Shown here: piece by piece, positions 62,569-64,000 of the stretch
Numbering within the stretch: the stretch's first letter is position 1
How the letters are laid out: every line of letters starts with the position of its first letter
Origin: Camelus ferus
Taxonomy: Eukaryota
Reading direction: 5' to 3'
DNA: 64,000 bases
Assembly (NCBI RefSeq): GCF_009834535.1
Contig: NC_045697.1
Coordinates: forward strand, 67,892,001 to 67,956,000
Made by a program: the position numbers and the translations under genes
Notes under the pieces: generated by a model
The model's input: only the letters and a program-made list of their open reading frames with translations
Told to the model about the DNA's origin: nothing
Databases searched by the model: none

Positions 62569-64000
62569 CTAGGTATCTATTAGCATCCATTTAAAAAATA
62601 TGAAAAGGCTTTTCTTTAATAGTCAATGTATCATTCTTTTTCTTTCTTGAAACTGTATTTCCACCATACTAGCCACACATATGAAAAGATATTAGAAATA
62701 CTGTTTCATAAAATCCATACACAAAATCATTTGTTCTTTGATATATTGCAAAAACCAAAAAAAAAAAAGGAATTCCTCACCTATAAATACATATTTAAAC
62801 ACATACACATAGATATTTCCCCACATATTTTTTATTTTGTAAAAGGTATTAATGCTTTCCCTTTTTTTTTAAATAATGTCCATGGGTTTAAACAAAGAAA
62901 GTCTTTACCCAGCACACTATTATACAGGTGTTGATTTATATTTTATTCTGGGAAAAATATTGTTTTATAAATTGTTAGTATATGCAGGATTTACTTAAAC
63001 GTAATATGTAAAATTGAGGTCTAAATTACTTTTCCAAGTGTAAAAGCAAGTTTTAAACAACATAATTTTAATAATTTCTCCCCATTACTGCTTTGACAGA
63101 CATACTATAGGAAAGTCTTTCTATTTATTTCCAGTGGTCTGTTTCTGCATCAGTTCCATGTCTTAATTTCCATAGCTTTATATGTTTAAAATATAATAAA
63201 GTAAGTTAAGCACATTACCCTTATATTACAAAAATTTCCTTCCAAACTCCAGTCTTTTTTTTTTAAACTTTAATGGAAGTTTTTATACTTCACTTAATGT
63301 TAGGATTTCTTACTATGTCTAAAATGATATCTTCTATATCTTGTATTTGTTATATAATATCAACTTTTCAATATTTTTTGCCTGATCCTATGATTTTTCT
63401 TCAAAGTTGATCATGTATATTCTATGAGAAATACTGACTTACCAATCACATTGAAAATAAGGCAGCATTTTACTAAATAAATACAGCTTAAAAAAAGAAA
63501 TGAGAGGTTACCACAGTCAAAATCTAAGGGTTATTGCCAAAAATGTGTATGAGGTCCCAGGTGAAAGGTCTAACATATCACAAATTAATGACTACTAATA
63601 GGTTAAAAGTTGGTTGTTTTCATCTCCCCTTAATTATACATAGGTAGTGTCATTACTCAATTACAGAAATGAATAGATCTAATAGCCGGTGTCTTGACTC
63701 ACCATGATCTGCTAGGAGCTAGAATTACTCTCCCCCATCATCAATAAAAGCATTCTGATCATTCCTGTGGCATGTGTGTCCTAGTGACCATCATTTCCTA
63801 TCATTCTCCTCCACTCTAAAGCATTATTTAGAAACTGAGTATTTGTTCAAAACCCAGCACACCACCTACCATTGCAAAATCACCTAAAATCAATACCAGA
63901 AATGGAGACGTGTTGATTTGAGAATACAAAAACTATTTTGGGTGTTTGTACAATGAGATGGAAGCAATACATTGATGAGAATTCTTCAGCGTTCTGGCTG

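Noticed and set aside
313..62934. The 60-130 aa ORFs in the supplied track as genes
   Set aside because: Many start at non-ATG codons, overlap repeats or microsatellites, or have low-complexity F/L/I/K composition. The only recognisable peptides are L1 ORF2 remnants.
1..64000. CRISPR arrays, tRNA/rRNA genes, CpG islands, intact ERV or L1 ORFs
   Set aside because: None seen. The DNA is mammalian, there is no repeat-spacer periodicity, and all retroelement reading frames are disrupted.

Overview
AT-rich mammalian genomic DNA with no recognisable protein-coding gene. It looks intergenic or deep intronic. The young L1 3' ends are cetartiodactyl-type, and I see no Alu, B1, Bov-tA/BovB, CHR, PRE1 or Can-SINE, so a camelid source is likely (inference). 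Most of the window is transposon fossils: MIR, L2, L1, MER DNA transposons and many LTR elements. The best-supported structures are: (i) a 33-nt tailless U2 snRNA retrocopy with a 12-bp target-site duplication (TSD); (ii) three ancient ERVL/MaLR-class proviruses (MLT1-, LTR33- and MER74-type) that keep both outer LTR ends and a perfect 5-bp TSD; (iii) a 112-bp twin-primed (inverted) L1; (iv) an L1 with ORF1 fused directly to the end of ORF2; (v) a perfect 62-bp microsatellite palindrome. Speculative signals are a phase-compatible two-exon 46-aa smORF on the + strand and a chain of exon-like segments on the - strand, both overlapping a CpG-retaining patch at 17.6-17.9 kb. Repeat family names are from recalled consensus sequences, not a database search. 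Boundaries without a stated TSD are approximate. I cannot support a claim of a wholly new biological system here.
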